51,850 bases of DNA from an uncultured Candidatus Accumulibacter sp. (GTDB lineage: Bacteria; Pseudomonadota; Gammaproteobacteria; Burkholderiales; Rhodocyclaceae): the NCBI GenBank assembly GCA_964428215.1, contig CAYRXO010000001.1, positions 1-51,850 of the forward strand. Reading direction: 5' to 3'. Shown in pieces: positions 20,105 through 29,880 of this stretch. The notes beneath the pieces are model-generated. The model was not told the origin of the DNA. It worked only from the letters and a program-made list of their open reading frames with translations, and did no database searches. The position numbers and the translations under genes are program-made. How positions within the stretch are numbered: position 1 is the stretch's first letter; every line of letters starts with the position of its first letter.

Positions 20105-21967
20105 TCAAGGCAGACTGGCCAGCAAGGACAAAAACTCTTCGGCATTCTGAAAACCGACGCTGCGCACCCCGGCGATTTCCCGTCCGTCGCGAGCGAAGAA
20201 GACGATCGCTGGCGGACCGTATAACTGAAAACGTTGCAGCAGACGTTGATCTTCTTCCGAGTTGGCTGTCACATCGGCCTGCAGCAAGGTCCAGCCAGCC
20301 AGACGTTGCCGGACTCGGGTATCGGCGAAAGTGAATTTTTCCATTTCCTTGCAGGTGACGCACCAGTCAGCATAGAAATCGAGCATCAACGGCTGCTTCG
20401 TCTTCGCCAGCCGCTGCTCGAGTTCGGCGAGCGATTTGACGCGGGCAAATGACAGCGTCGGCGACGCGACCTGGTCGCTGGCGGCACGCAATACGGCCAG
20501 CGGCTGCAGCGGATCGCGCGAACCAGCCAACAGGCCGGCCAGCATGGCCGCGCCAAGCAACAACAGGATCATGCCGATCCCCTTCCAGAAACGCTGCCAG
20601 GCGCGCGCTTGCGGCGGCAGCGGGTCGAGGGCATGCAAATAGATGGCCGGGATGATCAACAACATGGCCCAGGCGAACATCTGCAGCGCTATCGGAATCA
20701 CCGGTCCGATCAGCCAGAGGGCGGTCGCCAGCAGTATCACGCCGAACAATTTTTTCACTGCCTCCATCCACGGACCCGATTTCGGCAACAGGCTGCCGGC
20801 CGAAGCGCCCACCACCAGCAGCGGCGCACCCATACCGACGGCCATGGCGAACAGCGCCGCTCCGCCCTGGAATGCATCGCCGCTTTGCCCGATGTACAGC
20901 AGCGCACCAGCGAGCGGCGCGGCGACGCAGGGACCGACGATCAAGGCCGACAAGGCGCCCATGGCGGTCACGCCGGGCAGCGAACCACCGGGTAAATGGG
21001 CCGATTTCTCGGAAAGTCTGCTTTGCAGCCAGGTAGGCAACTGCAACTCGTAAAAGCCAAACATCGACAGCGCCAACAGCACGAAAATCGCCGCAAAGCC
21101 GCCGAGCGCCCAGGGATTCTGCAACTGCGTGGTGAGCAGGGTGCCGCTCAACCCGGCGGCAACGCCGACCAGCGCATAAGTGAGCGCCATACCCAGGACA
21201 TAAGCGAGCGAGAGGATGAAACCGCGGGCATGCGAAATCCCCTGCCCAGCCCGCCCGGCACCGACGATGATTCCCGAGAGGATCGGAAGCATCGGAAAAA
21301 CACAAGGCGTTAGCGACAACAGCAGTCCGAATCCGAAAAAACTGACAAGCAAGAACCAGAAATTGCCTTGCTTGAACAAAGCGGCTACTCGGCTCGTAGC
21401 ATCGACAGAGGTTGACGACGATGCGTTGTTCGTTGCCATAACTGGCGTGTTTGCCGGATCAGGCAAAGTCAGCGTCAGTTGCTGCTGCTGGGGTGGGTAA
21501 CAGATGCCGGCTTCGGCGCAACCTTGCGAGGTGGCTGTCAAGGTCAGCGTCAAGGCGCCCGAACTGCCGCGGTCGACGATCGGCAGGCGGATAATCGCCT
21601 GCTGGTAATAAACTTCGACTGCCCCAAAGGTTTCGTCCTGCTTTTGCTTGCCGGGCGGCAGCTCGGCGCTGCCGAGGACTATTGTCGCCGGCTCGACGGC
21701 AAAGCGAAACTTGTCACGATAGAGATAGTAATCCTTGGCAATCGCGAAATGGATTTCGAGCGTACGGCTGTCGAGCGCAAGCCCGCTGGCCTTGAAAGCG
21801 ATTTTCGGGTCGAGAAATTCTTGCGCTTGGGCCAGGGTGAGCGTCAGCAGGGTGAGCAGGGCCAGCGACAGCCCGGCCCGCAACCAGTTGATGAAACGAT
21901 GAGATAACGACAATGAGCCGGGACGCATGCGTGAGGAAAGAACAAAAGACAATAAGGAGTGCCGCAA
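20105..21967 (-). CDS. dsbD: Thiol:disulfide interchange protein DsbD
   Basis: N-domain GCAEAGICYPP; TM cysteines TPCVFPM and GPCVAAPL; thioredoxin motif WCVTCK. The true start may be the ATG at 21928. Confidence 0.95.
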   Translation of the reverse strand: MRHSLLSFVLSSRMRPGSLSLSHRFINWLRAGLSLALLTLLTLTLAQAQEFLDPKIAFKASGLALDSRTLEIHFAIAKDYYLYRDKFRFAVEPATIVLGSAELPPGKQKQDETFGAVEVYYQQAIIRLPIVDRGSSGALTLTLTATSQGCAEAGICYPPQQQQLTLTLPDPANTPVMATNNASSSTSVDATSRVAALFKQGNFWFLLVSFFGFGLLLSLTPCVFPMLPILSGIIVGAGRAGQGISHARGFILSLAYVLGMALTYALVGVAAGLSGTLLTTQLQNPWALGGFAAIFVLLALSMFGFYELQLPTWLQSRLSEKSAHLPGGSLPGVTAMGALSALIVGPCVAAPLAGALLYIGQSGDAFQGGAALFAMAVGMGAPLLVVGASAGSLLPKSGPWMEAVKKLFGVILLATALWLIGPVIPIALQMFAWAMLLIIPAIYLHALDPLPPQARAWQRFWKGIGMILLLLGAAMLAGLLAGSRDPLQPLAVLRAASDQVASPTLSFARVKSLAELEQRLAKTKQPLMLDFYADWCVTCKEMEKFTFADTRVRQRLAGWTLLQADVTANSEEDQRLLQRFQLYGPPAIVFFARDGREIAGVRSVGFQNAEEFLSLLASLP

Positions 21968-21983
21968 AACGTGTCGGTACGCG

Positions 21984-22310
21984 TCAGTCGCTCGGCAGAT
22001 GCGTTTCCTGCTGCACCCAGTCGAGATAGGCCGGCAATCCGCCAGTCACCGGCAAAGCGACGATTTCCGGCAGCGCGTACGGGTGTCGAGCGACGATGGC
22101 TGCGGCCAGGGCCGGGTAGCAGGCATCGCTGGTCTTGATCAGCAACGGCACTTCCGCAGCCACTTCGACTGCACCTTGCCAGCGATAAACCGAACGGCAG
22201 GGCGCCAGGATATTGACGCACGCCGCCAGTCGTTCGCTGAGGATGGCTTCGGCCAGCGCTTCGGCCGACGCCTGATCCGGCAGATTGGTCAAGACGAGCA
22301 AGACGGACAT
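21984..22310 (-). CDS. cutA: Divalent-cation tolerance protein CutA
   Basis: LAACVNI, SVYRWQG, HPYALPEI, YLDWV; cutA-dsbD adjacency as in enterobacteria. Confidence 0.93.
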   Translation of the reverse strand: MSVLLVLTNLPDQASAEALAEAILSERLAACVNILAPCRSVYRWQGAVEVAAEVPLLIKTSDACYPALAAAIVARHPYALPEIVALPVTGGLPAYLDWVQQETHLPSD

Positions 22311-22370
22311 GCGGGCGATTCTACGCTGAGCAGTCAGCGCATGCCATGGCAAAATTGCCGATCGCTGCGC

Positions 22371-23009
22371 TCAATGGCGCCAGGCGTGGCTGACGATTTC
22401 GCGGATGGTGTGCAGACGGCGATGAAAAAAATGGTCGGCTCCCGGGACGACGATCACCGGCAACTCCAGCGGTTTGGCCCATTCGATGACGTTGGCCAGC
22501 GGTACGGTCTGGTCCTCCGAACCATGAATGACGATGGTGTCGCGTGGCACGGCCTTGGTGTGATAGCGACGCGCACCTTCGACAAAGCCGGAGGCGGTGC
22601 CGACCAGCACCAGGCGTTGCGCCGGGTGTTGCTCGGCGAGCAGTTTTTCCGCAACGCGCGTCTGGACGTACGCGCCGAACGAAAACCCGACCAAGGCGAC
22701 GGGCAGGTTGCCGAAACGGCATTTGGCTTCCGCCAGCACGGCCAGCAAATCGTCACATTCGCCGGCCCCTTCGTCATGCATGCCTTCAGTCAGACCAACG
22801 CCACGGAAATTCGGACGCAAGCTGACGTAATCGAGATGATTGAAGGTACGCGCCAGCGTTTGCACCACCTTGTTGGTGTTGCCGCCGCCGAAGAGCGGAT
22901 GCGGGTGAGCAATCAGCGCAATGCCTCGCGGTGCACCGGGATTTTCGACGATCACCTCGATCTTGCCGACCGGTCCGTCGATCAACAGTTGTTCTGCCTG
23001 CAGTTTCAT
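22371..23009 (-). CDS. Alpha/beta-fold hydrolase
   Basis: HPHPLFGG..NKVV, NFRGVG, GFSFG nucleophile elbow, HGSED, ADHFF. Confidence 0.88.
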   Translation of the reverse strand: MKLQAEQLLIDGPVGKIEVIVENPGAPRGIALIAHPHPLFGGGNTNKVVQTLARTFNHLDYVSLRPNFRGVGLTEGMHDEGAGECDDLLAVLAEAKCRFGNLPVALVGFSFGAYVQTRVAEKLLAEQHPAQRLVLVGTASGFVEGARRYHTKAVPRDTIVIHGSEDQTVPLANVIEWAKPLELPVIVVPGADHFFHRRLHTIREIVSHAWRH

Positions 23010-23364
23010 GTCGAGTTTTCCTCCATGGTTTGTGACACGCTGTCCGCGTCATGCACGGCGAGTTAGCCGACCAGGCAGCGGAATCAATCAGCCATGCTCG
23101 GTCAATACCTGCACGGCTTTCTCGCCGTCCGGCAAATAAACCAACGCACATTCGCTGCGCCCTTACGCGGGTGTCCACCCAAGAGCGGTAAAAAAACCAA
23201 CTGCCAATTGCAGCATGTCAGCGAGTCGCTACATTCGCCAAAGAAGCGTTTTTTTCGATTTTTTGACGGTCTTGATGTTTATCGACGTGTGCACTTTACG
23301 GCCGTAGCGGCTTGCTGCGGCAGATCGCCGGATCGACCGGCGCAAGGCGCGACATTTTCGGGGC

Positions 23365-23655
23365 TCAGCGTTGATTCATCAAACGTTTGCGCTCCGCTGT
23401 ATAAGCCCACCAGCGTTTGGCCTGTCCACCGGCCATGAAATCGCTGATCGACAGGAAAACGTCGAGCACACAGGGATCCTGCACTTTGCCGGTGAGGGTG
23501 CAAAGCTGTCGGTACATTTCGAGCGGACAGCGACCGACAAGATCGTCCGGCGTGTCGATGCCCAGCCGCCGCAGATCGGCAGCACAAGCCGGCCCGATGT
23601 TCGGCAAATCGGCAAGTTTTTCCAGCTGACGACGACTCACTTTACTCGGGTGCAT
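23365..23655 (-). CDS. Helix-hairpin-helix protein (Cdd1/'mitomycin resistance'-like)
   Basis: LADLPNIGPACAADLRRLGI...DPCVLDVF...WWAYTAERK. Confidence 0.8.
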   Translation of the reverse strand: MHPSKVSRRQLEKLADLPNIGPACAADLRRLGIDTPDDLVGRCPLEMYRQLCTLTGKVQDPCVLDVFLSISDFMAGGQAKRWWAYTAERKRLMNQR

Positions 23656-23714
23656 GGCACATAATCTAGCAGAGAACATCGTTTACACGGAAACTCTCCG
23701 AACAATTGCCCTGC

Positions 23715-24680
23715 CTATCCATGAGATCTGTCACTCTGGCCGCGTCCTGTGCTCGGCGCTTCGCTTTCGTGTTGCCGCCAGACGCGCCGGAAATCACGGG
23801 CCGAAGCGAAACCGGCCAGTTCGGCGACCCGTTCGACGCTCAACCGCGGATCGGCAAGCAGTTGCCGCGCACGCGCAATACGCAGGCGTTGCTGAAAAGC
23901 GACGATGCCGATACCGGTATGTCGGACGAACAGGCGCGACAGATGGCGGGCGCTGACATGCGCGGCGCTGGCCAGTTGCGCCAGGGTCCAGGCTTGCGCC
24001 GGATCGGCGGCGATCAGGTCCTGGACGCGGTGCACTGCCGGATGCAGGTGATTGCGATGCATCAACCACGGCGAGAGTTGCGGGTCCTGGCCGCTGCGGC
24101 GCTGGAAAACCACTTGCCGACGCGCAACGCGCGCGGCCAGCGGCGCGCCGGCATAACGTTCGATCAGATATAAGGCCAGATCGATGCCGGTGGTGACGCC
24201 GGCGCTGCTCAGCAGCGGGCCATCTTCGACGAAGACCCGGTTTTCCTCGACTTTCGCCGTCGGCGCCCAGGCGCGCAACAGGTCGATCAGGCTGTGGTGC
24301 GTGGTGCAGTAACGACCGTCGAGCAGGCCGGCGGCAGCGAGCAGCAGCGCGCCCGAACAGATGCTGGCGATGCGCGTATCGGCGCGCGGCGCGCGTCGCA
24401 ACCAGTCGACGACCGTCAGCGCTTCTGGGGTGGCGTAATCCTCGGCGTCACGGGCGTTGCCAGTGACGATGAGCAGACTGTTGGCGGGTAATACCGGCGG
24501 CAAGGCGAGCAGGCCGTCGAGATCGATACCGAGAGAAGTGCGCAGGCGCGTTACCGGCGCACAACTGTGCACCGTCAGATCGGCTCCCATTTCGGCCGCC
24601 ATGCGCAAGGCTTCGGCCGGGCCGGCGTAATCGAGCAACAGCACGTTCGGGGTGAGAATGAAATAGACCGACAGCGTCAT
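23715..24680 (-). CDS. GlxA-type AraC transcriptional regulator (DJ-1/PfpI + HTH)
   Basis: SICSGALLLAAAGLLDG..TTHH, SSAGVTTGIDLAL and a C-terminal AraC double HTH; the ATG at 24680 overlaps the eamA stop. Confidence 0.9.
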   Translation of the reverse strand: MTLSVYFILTPNVLLLDYAGPAEALRMAAEMGADLTVHSCAPVTRLRTSLGIDLDGLLALPPVLPANSLLIVTGNARDAEDYATPEALTVVDWLRRAPRADTRIASICSGALLLAAAGLLDGRYCTTHHSLIDLLRAWAPTAKVEENRVFVEDGPLLSSAGVTTGIDLALYLIERYAGAPLAARVARRQVVFQRRSGQDPQLSPWLMHRNHLHPAVHRVQDLIAADPAQAWTLAQLASAAHVSARHLSRLFVRHTGIGIVAFQQRLRIARARQLLADPRLSVERVAELAGFASARDFRRVWRQHESEAPSTGRGQSDRSHG

Positions 24681-25567
24681 GCGCGCTTCCGTAGCCAGAG
24701 CACCCATTGTCTGCCGAACAGATTGACCGCCAGACCGCCCATCAGCAGCGTGCCGCCGATGAAATGTGCCGCCTGCAAAGTTTCGTCGAACAGCAGCCAA
24801 CCGGTGCTCAGCCCAACCAGCGGGATCAGCAGACTGAACGGAGCGACCTGATTCACCGGATAGCGCGACAACAGCCGCGTCCATAGGCCGTAGCCGAGCA
24901 AGGTCGCCGCCCAGGCCAGATACGCCAGTGCGGCGAAAGCCGTGCCGTCGAAATGGCGCAGCGCGCTGCTGATCGCCGGCCAGCCTTCGATGAACCAGGA
25001 CAAGATCTGGAACGGCAGCGGCGGTACCAGACTCGCCCAGACGACGAAAGCCAGCTGGTTGATCGGTCCGTACCGGGCGACGGCACGGGTGACGATATTG
25101 CCGGCTGCCCACATCGCAGCGGCGGCCAGCGTCAGCAGGAAACCGAGCAAAGGCATCGATCGATCGTGTGCCGAGGCGATCACGGCCAGACCGCCAGCCG
25201 CCAGCAACAGGCCGGCAAGCTGACTGCCGCGCCAGCCTTCGCGCAGCCAACAGGCCGCGAAGAGCAGCGTGAAGAGCGCCTGCGACTGCAGGACCAGCGA
25301 CGCCAGCCCGGATGGCATGCCGAAATGGATGGCTGAAAAGAGGAAAGAGAATTGACCGACCGAAATGGTCATGCCGTAAGCCAGATACAGTCGCCAGGGA
25401 ACTGGCGGCCGGGGCAGCAGAAAAATCGCCGGCGTCGCCGCCAGCAGAAAGCGCAACGCGCCGAGCAGCAACGGCGGGGCGCTGCCGACGCCGATCCGGA
25501 TCGCCGCGAAGTTCATTCCCCAGACGATGACGACCAGCAAGGTCAGCGCCAGATCACGCGACGCCAT
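24677..25567 (-). CDS. EamA/DMT-family exporter (O-acetylserine/cysteine exporter-like)
   Basis: About 10 TM helices; VWGMNF, PPLLLGALRF, GMPSGLASLVLQSQALFT, VAPFSLLIP. Confidence 0.88.
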   Translation of the reverse strand: MASRDLALTLLVVIVWGMNFAAIRIGVGSAPPLLLGALRFLLAATPAIFLLPRPPVPWRLYLAYGMTISVGQFSFLFSAIHFGMPSGLASLVLQSQALFTLLFAACWLREGWRGSQLAGLLLAAGGLAVIASAHDRSMPLLGFLLTLAAAAMWAAGNIVTRAVARYGPINQLAFVVWASLVPPLPFQILSWFIEGWPAISSALRHFDGTAFAALAYLAWAATLLGYGLWTRLLSRYPVNQVAPFSLLIPLVGLSTGWLLFDETLQAAHFIGGTLLMGGLAVNLFGRQWVLWLRKRA

Positions 25568-25569
25568 GC

Positions 25570-25812
25570 TCAGCTTCCCGCGGCCGGCGAGCGCCGCACG
25601 CGCCGTGTCGATGCGGGATGGCGTAACAACTCGTCGGCCGGGCGAATCGGCCGTCGTTGCAGATCGCCGCCGCAGTTGGGGCAACAACCCGCCAATCGCT
25701 GTTCTGCGCAGGCGGCGCAGAAAGTGCATTCGAAGGAGCAGATGCGCGCGATGGGTGAATCGGCCGGCAGATCGACGTCACAAAGTTCGCAGTTCGGCCG
25801 TAACTCAAGCAT
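25570..25812 (-). CDS. DUF1272 cysteine-rich protein
   Basis: MLELRPNCELCD..ICSFECTFC..CPNCGG..RPIRP. Confidence 0.88.
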   Translation of the reverse strand: MLELRPNCELCDVDLPADSPIARICSFECTFCAACAEQRLAGCCPNCGGDLQRRPIRPADELLRHPASTRRVRRSPAAGS

Positions 25813-26386
25813 CGGATTCTCCCAGAGACGCCAGACAGCCATCGACGTCGACGATACGCGCGAAACGGTCGGCGAGGACCAGTTCCGTGTGCTCGCGGAT
25901 CGCCGCCGGCGAATAGCAACGGCCATTGCTCGGGTGACGCATGGCGAAGGTCAGCGTCGCTTCACTGACGAAATCGACAGCATAGCCGATGTCGGCGGCA
26001 ACCCGCGCCGTCGTTTCGCAGCATTGTTCGCAACGGATACCGGCGATCACGACGCGTCCGATTCCCCGGCGTCGCAGGAAGAGATCGAGACCGCTGTCGG
26101 TGAAGGCGTTGTGCGTGTGTTTGTGAACAGTCGCGTCGGCGACCCAGGAAAAACCGTCGAGCGGGCGCAGCAATCCCGATTCAACGCTGAACGGTCCTTC
26201 CGGCGCGACGTGGAAAATATTCAACACCGGCACGCCGCGTTGGCGGCAGCCGCTGATCAGGCGCTGCAAAGCGTCCTGAAACGTCGGTAGATCGGCCGCG
26301 GACCAGTACGGCATCTGACGAAAAGATTCCTGTACATCGATCACCAGCAAGGCAGCGTTTGTCGACGACAGCGGAAGAGCGGACAT
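25805..26386 (-). CDS. Isochorismatase/cysteine hydrolase family protein
   Basis: LLVIDVQESF, K..HNAF, GIRCEQCCETTAR (catalytic Asp/Lys/Cys); AGGAGG RBS. Confidence 0.9.
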   Translation of the reverse strand: MSALPLSSTNAALLVIDVQESFRQMPYWSAADLPTFQDALQRLISGCRQRGVPVLNIFHVAPEGPFSVESGLLRPLDGFSWVADATVHKHTHNAFTDSGLDLFLRRRGIGRVVIAGIRCEQCCETTARVAADIGYAVDFVSEATLTFAMRHPSNGRCYSPAAIREHTELVLADRFARIVDVDGCLASLGESDA

Positions 26387-26508
26387 TTGACGACCTCCTA
26401 TGAAATGGTCGTCGTCATCGTAGGTCCAGCCGCTGCCTGCGACGAGACGAGATACGGACACGTTGCGGACAAATTGCGCCAAAGTGGTGAAGACATGCCC
26501 CGCGCAAT

Positions 26509-28044
26509 TCAATCGTTCTGCACGTTGGGAAAAGACAGTAAGCGGCGGTCGACCGGCAGCCGCAGTGCCCGTTCTTCGTCAGACAGGTGTTCGATGCGCT
26601 CGAACTGCCGCTCGAGAACGGCCAGCGTCGCTTCCGAGGCATCGCGTCCCCTGGCCAGACGACGCTGGATGCGCGTGCGCAATTGTCCGGCGGTCGCTTG
26701 CGGCGCGACGATGGCGAATTCGGCAGCAGCAGCGCCTGCCAGCGCACGAAACGCGTCACGTCGCCGCCGTTCGAGAAAAGCGGCGTCGACAATCACCGAC
26801 CAGCCGGCGCGCAGCAGGTCACCGGCAATCTGATAAAGCTCCTCGTAAGTTCGCTCGCTGGCCTCGCCGGCGTAGATGCCGCCGTCAATCGCCGAACGGG
26901 TCGTCGCCCCGGCCGACAGACCGAACAAGCGCTTGCGTTCGACATCGGAACGCAAGCGAATGCACATCGGCGGCGAATCGTTCAACAACAAGTTGCGCGT
27001 CGCACGACTTTTGCCGCAACCGGCGACGCCATGCGTGATGATCAGGCGCGGCGGCGGTGGAGCGATCAGCCGTTCGGCGAGCAAGCGGTAACTGTCTGCT
27101 TCCGAGCAATCGCGCTGCGCTTGTCGGGCGTGAATCGCTTTCACCTTGGCCAGCACCAGCGCACGATAAACGGCATAGAAGCGGAAAACGCGCATCGCCT
27201 GGTAATCGCCGTTGGCCGACAGCCATTCGTTGAGCAACCAACCGGCAAGCCCGGCTTGCTGCTGCGCCAGCAGATCGACGTAGGTGAAGGCGATGTCGTT
27301 GGCCACGTCGATCCAGCGCAGGTAGTCAGCGAACTCGATGCAGTCGAACAAGGTCACCGTCCGCTCGATCAGCACCAGATTGCCGAGATGCAGGTCGCCG
27401 TGCCCTTCGCGTACCTTGCCGGCGGCCTTGCGGGCGCGCATGTCGGCAGCGCAGCGGGCAAATTCGGCGCGCGTCCACTCTGCCAGTCGAAGCCAGTGTT
27501 GGCGATGCGCCGGCAGGATTTCGTCGAGTTCGACGAAGTTTTCCAGCGCTGGGGGCAGCAGTTGTTCCGCTTCGCCAAACGGGCTGCCCGGCGATGCGAC
27601 GGCAGCGCGCGCTTGCCACCTGGCCAGCGTCTCGGCAAGGCCAGAAATCAGACGGGCGTTCAGTTGTCCACGCCGACAGAGATGATCGAGCCGACCCGCT
27701 TCGTCGAAGCGGCGCATTTTCACCGCGTATTCAATGGGTTTTCCCGCGCCACCAAGACAAGGGTTTTCCGCCGTGCCGCTGATCGCCACGACCGACAGAT
27801 AGATCGCCGGCGCGAAACGCCGGTTGAGCCGCAATTCCGCCGCGCAGCATTGCCGGCGCTTGTCCAGCGTCGAGTAATCGAGGAAAGGCAAGGCGATCGA
27901 TTTTTTGATTTTGTAAACGAAGCGGTCGGCCAGGAGCAGCCACGAAGCGTGCGTTTCGATCAACTCGACCGCTGACGTCGGGTCGGGATAACGTCGCGCA
28001 TCGAGCAGCGCGACGATCAGTGGTGGCAAGGACGGACTGGGCAT
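26509..28044 (-). CDS. Bifunctional aminoglycoside-phosphotransferase-like / P-loop kinase protein
   Basis: IETHASW, YKIKK, HGDLHLGN and FDCIEF (APH fold), then Walker A GVAGCGKS, RSDVERKRL, DAAFL and DASEA. Confidence 0.88.
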   Translation of the reverse strand: MPSPSLPPLIVALLDARRYPDPTSAVELIETHASWLLLADRFVYKIKKSIALPFLDYSTLDKRRQCCAAELRLNRRFAPAIYLSVVAISGTAENPCLGGAGKPIEYAVKMRRFDEAGRLDHLCRRGQLNARLISGLAETLARWQARAAVASPGSPFGEAEQLLPPALENFVELDEILPAHRQHWLRLAEWTRAEFARCAADMRARKAAGKVREGHGDLHLGNLVLIERTVTLFDCIEFADYLRWIDVANDIAFTYVDLLAQQQAGLAGWLLNEWLSANGDYQAMRVFRFYAVYRALVLAKVKAIHARQAQRDCSEADSYRLLAERLIAPPPPRLIITHGVAGCGKSRATRNLLLNDSPPMCIRLRSDVERKRLFGLSAGATTRSAIDGGIYAGEASERTYEELYQIAGDLLRAGWSVIVDAAFLERRRRDAFRALAGAAAAEFAIVAPQATAGQLRTRIQRRLARGRDASEATLAVLERQFERIEHLSDEERALRLPVDRRLLSFPNVQND

Positions 28045-28183
28045 GCGTCAGGAAACGCTGACTGAAAGACTGCACGGGTGAGTCGCGGCGTTACACGGTT
28101 TGCATGCGCACAGTATGGGCCATGTCAACAGAAAGTCGGGCAAAATCCAGCGACTCCTGCTCATAGCGGCCGACCTGCGCGGG

Positions 28184-29845
28184 TCAGACGGGCGGCTGCG
28201 CTCGCTTTCTGCGCCAGATGCCGCGCAACGGGGATATTTTTGCGCGCAGCGACAACTGTTCGTCAGACAAGGCTTCGAGAAAATCGGACAGCGGTTTCGA
28301 CTTGGCAACGGCAAAACCTGTCGCCAGCAGCGAAGGAATGGCAACCGCGGTAAACAGCCACAGCTTGTCGGGCAGGGGTTGCTGCGCGGCGTCGATCAGA
28401 TTCATCCCGAGGAAACCGGTGGTGATCGTCGCCACCAGCCCGGCGGTAGTCACCACGGTCAGGCGCACGACGGTATTGCTCTGCCGGCGCAGACTATCGC
28501 TATCGAGGTACTGATTCATGTCCTGAATCTCCTCACGTAATTCGGCGTACAGCTTTTCGGTGCCCAGATGTTCCTGCGTCAGCTTGAACAGAGCGCGTGC
28601 CTGCACCTGGTCGGAAATTTCGTGGAACCAGTAGCGGTGACTGAAACGCAGAAAGACTTCGAGGATTTCGCGGATACCGCGCTTGAAGCGTTTCACCGAG
28701 TCCGCCTTGCCGATTTCCAGCTGGTTGAGCGTGGTGATCAGGCGGTCGGAGAGCATCAGCAAAGCCGCTTTGTGAAAATGCGGGATCAGGAAAAGCAGGA
28801 AGAACTGGTGACGGAACTGGCCGAGCAGGCCGTTTTCAAGGCCGCGGTAATAATCGTCATCCGCATTGCCGACCATCACGAAAGCATGCCCGCAGGTCAG
28901 CAAGCGGGCTCCCGGCTGTTTGGACTGCGGATGCCAGTAACGGTCCAGGCAATAGCGGCTTTCGAAGTTGTCCAGTTGTTGTTCAGCGACGGGCGCCGAA
29001 CCAAGCTTGCCGGGTCCGGTGACCAGCACCAGCCGGGCAAAATCAGCGCGGCTCATCGCACTGGCATCGTCCATCGCCAGATAGGCCACCAAGGGCATGC
29101 GGTGATATTCGACCTGCCGATAGCGCACGACACCTCCGGCGTCGGAATGGTGCAGGACCAGCGGCTGCAAGAGGAATTCCCAGTGCGAAGCGATGCACGG
29201 TGCGCGAAAGCGGGAAACGAAGGACAGATATTTGCTGCGCTTTTCGTAGTCGGATACCGACAACACCCGGCCGTCCGGGGCCAGCCATTCGGCCTTCTTG
29301 AGACAGTGCCCACCGCTGCCGTCGTCGTCCCAATACGGTGGATAGGCACGGCCGAAGCGATAGAGCGTGTCCTGGACCTGCCGCAGCGTCAGATCGTCGG
29401 CGGCGATTTCGACCGCCAGAATCACCACGTCGATATCGTAGAAAAAATACAGATCGAGATGGACGATGTCGAAGAGCAGCGGCTGCGGGTCATCCTTGAA
29501 GGTCATCCGCACCTGCGCCAGATCGTGGCGGCGGAAGATGCGGATCGGTGACTCGCCGCTGTGGCCCGAGGTGCCCCGTCCGCCACCTTCGCCATATAGG
29601 AAGCGTTGCACGTACGGCAAGAAGGTGACGAATTCGCTGTAGTGCCGTTCCTGAAATTCCCCCGGGTCGCCACAGAATTCATCTTGCAGATCTCGCCACG
29701 GATTGTCGTCCGAGGTTTGTTCGAGCAACTGATAATGGCTCGCGAAAGGCGCTTCGGCCGGCAGCGGCATCAGTTGCAAGGGCCAGAGCAGGATTTGCCG
29801 AAAATGTCCGACCCGCTGGTCAGACGTGCCGTGCAGCGTTTCCAT
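28184..29845 (-). CDS. Large CorA-like membrane protein (about 480-aa soluble domain plus two C-terminal TM helices with GMN)
   Basis: GGAGG RBS before the ATG at 29845; C-terminal RLTVVT..TGFLGMN..second TM; the soluble region is unlike canonical CorA. Confidence 0.8.
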   Translation of the reverse strand: METLHGTSDQRVGHFRQILLWPLQLMPLPAEAPFASHYQLLEQTSDDNPWRDLQDEFCGDPGEFQERHYSEFVTFLPYVQRFLYGEGGGRGTSGHSGESPIRIFRRHDLAQVRMTFKDDPQPLLFDIVHLDLYFFYDIDVVILAVEIAADDLTLRQVQDTLYRFGRAYPPYWDDDGSGGHCLKKAEWLAPDGRVLSVSDYEKRSKYLSFVSRFRAPCIASHWEFLLQPLVLHHSDAGGVVRYRQVEYHRMPLVAYLAMDDASAMSRADFARLVLVTGPGKLGSAPVAEQQLDNFESRYCLDRYWHPQSKQPGARLLTCGHAFVMVGNADDDYYRGLENGLLGQFRHQFFLLFLIPHFHKAALLMLSDRLITTLNQLEIGKADSVKRFKRGIREILEVFLRFSHRYWFHEISDQVQARALFKLTQEHLGTEKLYAELREEIQDMNQYLDSDSLRRQSNTVVRLTVVTTAGLVATITTGFLGMNLIDAAQQPLPDKLWLFTAVAIPSLLATGFAVAKSKPLSDFLEALSDEQLSLRAKISPLRGIWRRKRAQPPV

Positions 29846-29880
29846 GCACACCTCCAATAGATGCTTGCTGTCGCCGATCG

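Noticed and set aside
23715-25250. 511-aa ORF, and similarly extended calls for thiE, sugE, waaA and metK, as fusion proteins
   Set aside because: The N-terminal extensions are alternate-frame read-through of upstream genes or leaders; the real starts lie downstream with RBSs or stop-start overlaps.
28051-28157. GGAAACGCTGAC...CAGCGACTCC, possibly a degenerate third MITE (a similar lone half occurs at 20029)
   Set aside because: Ends only partly complementary, length 107, no TSD and no IHF site.
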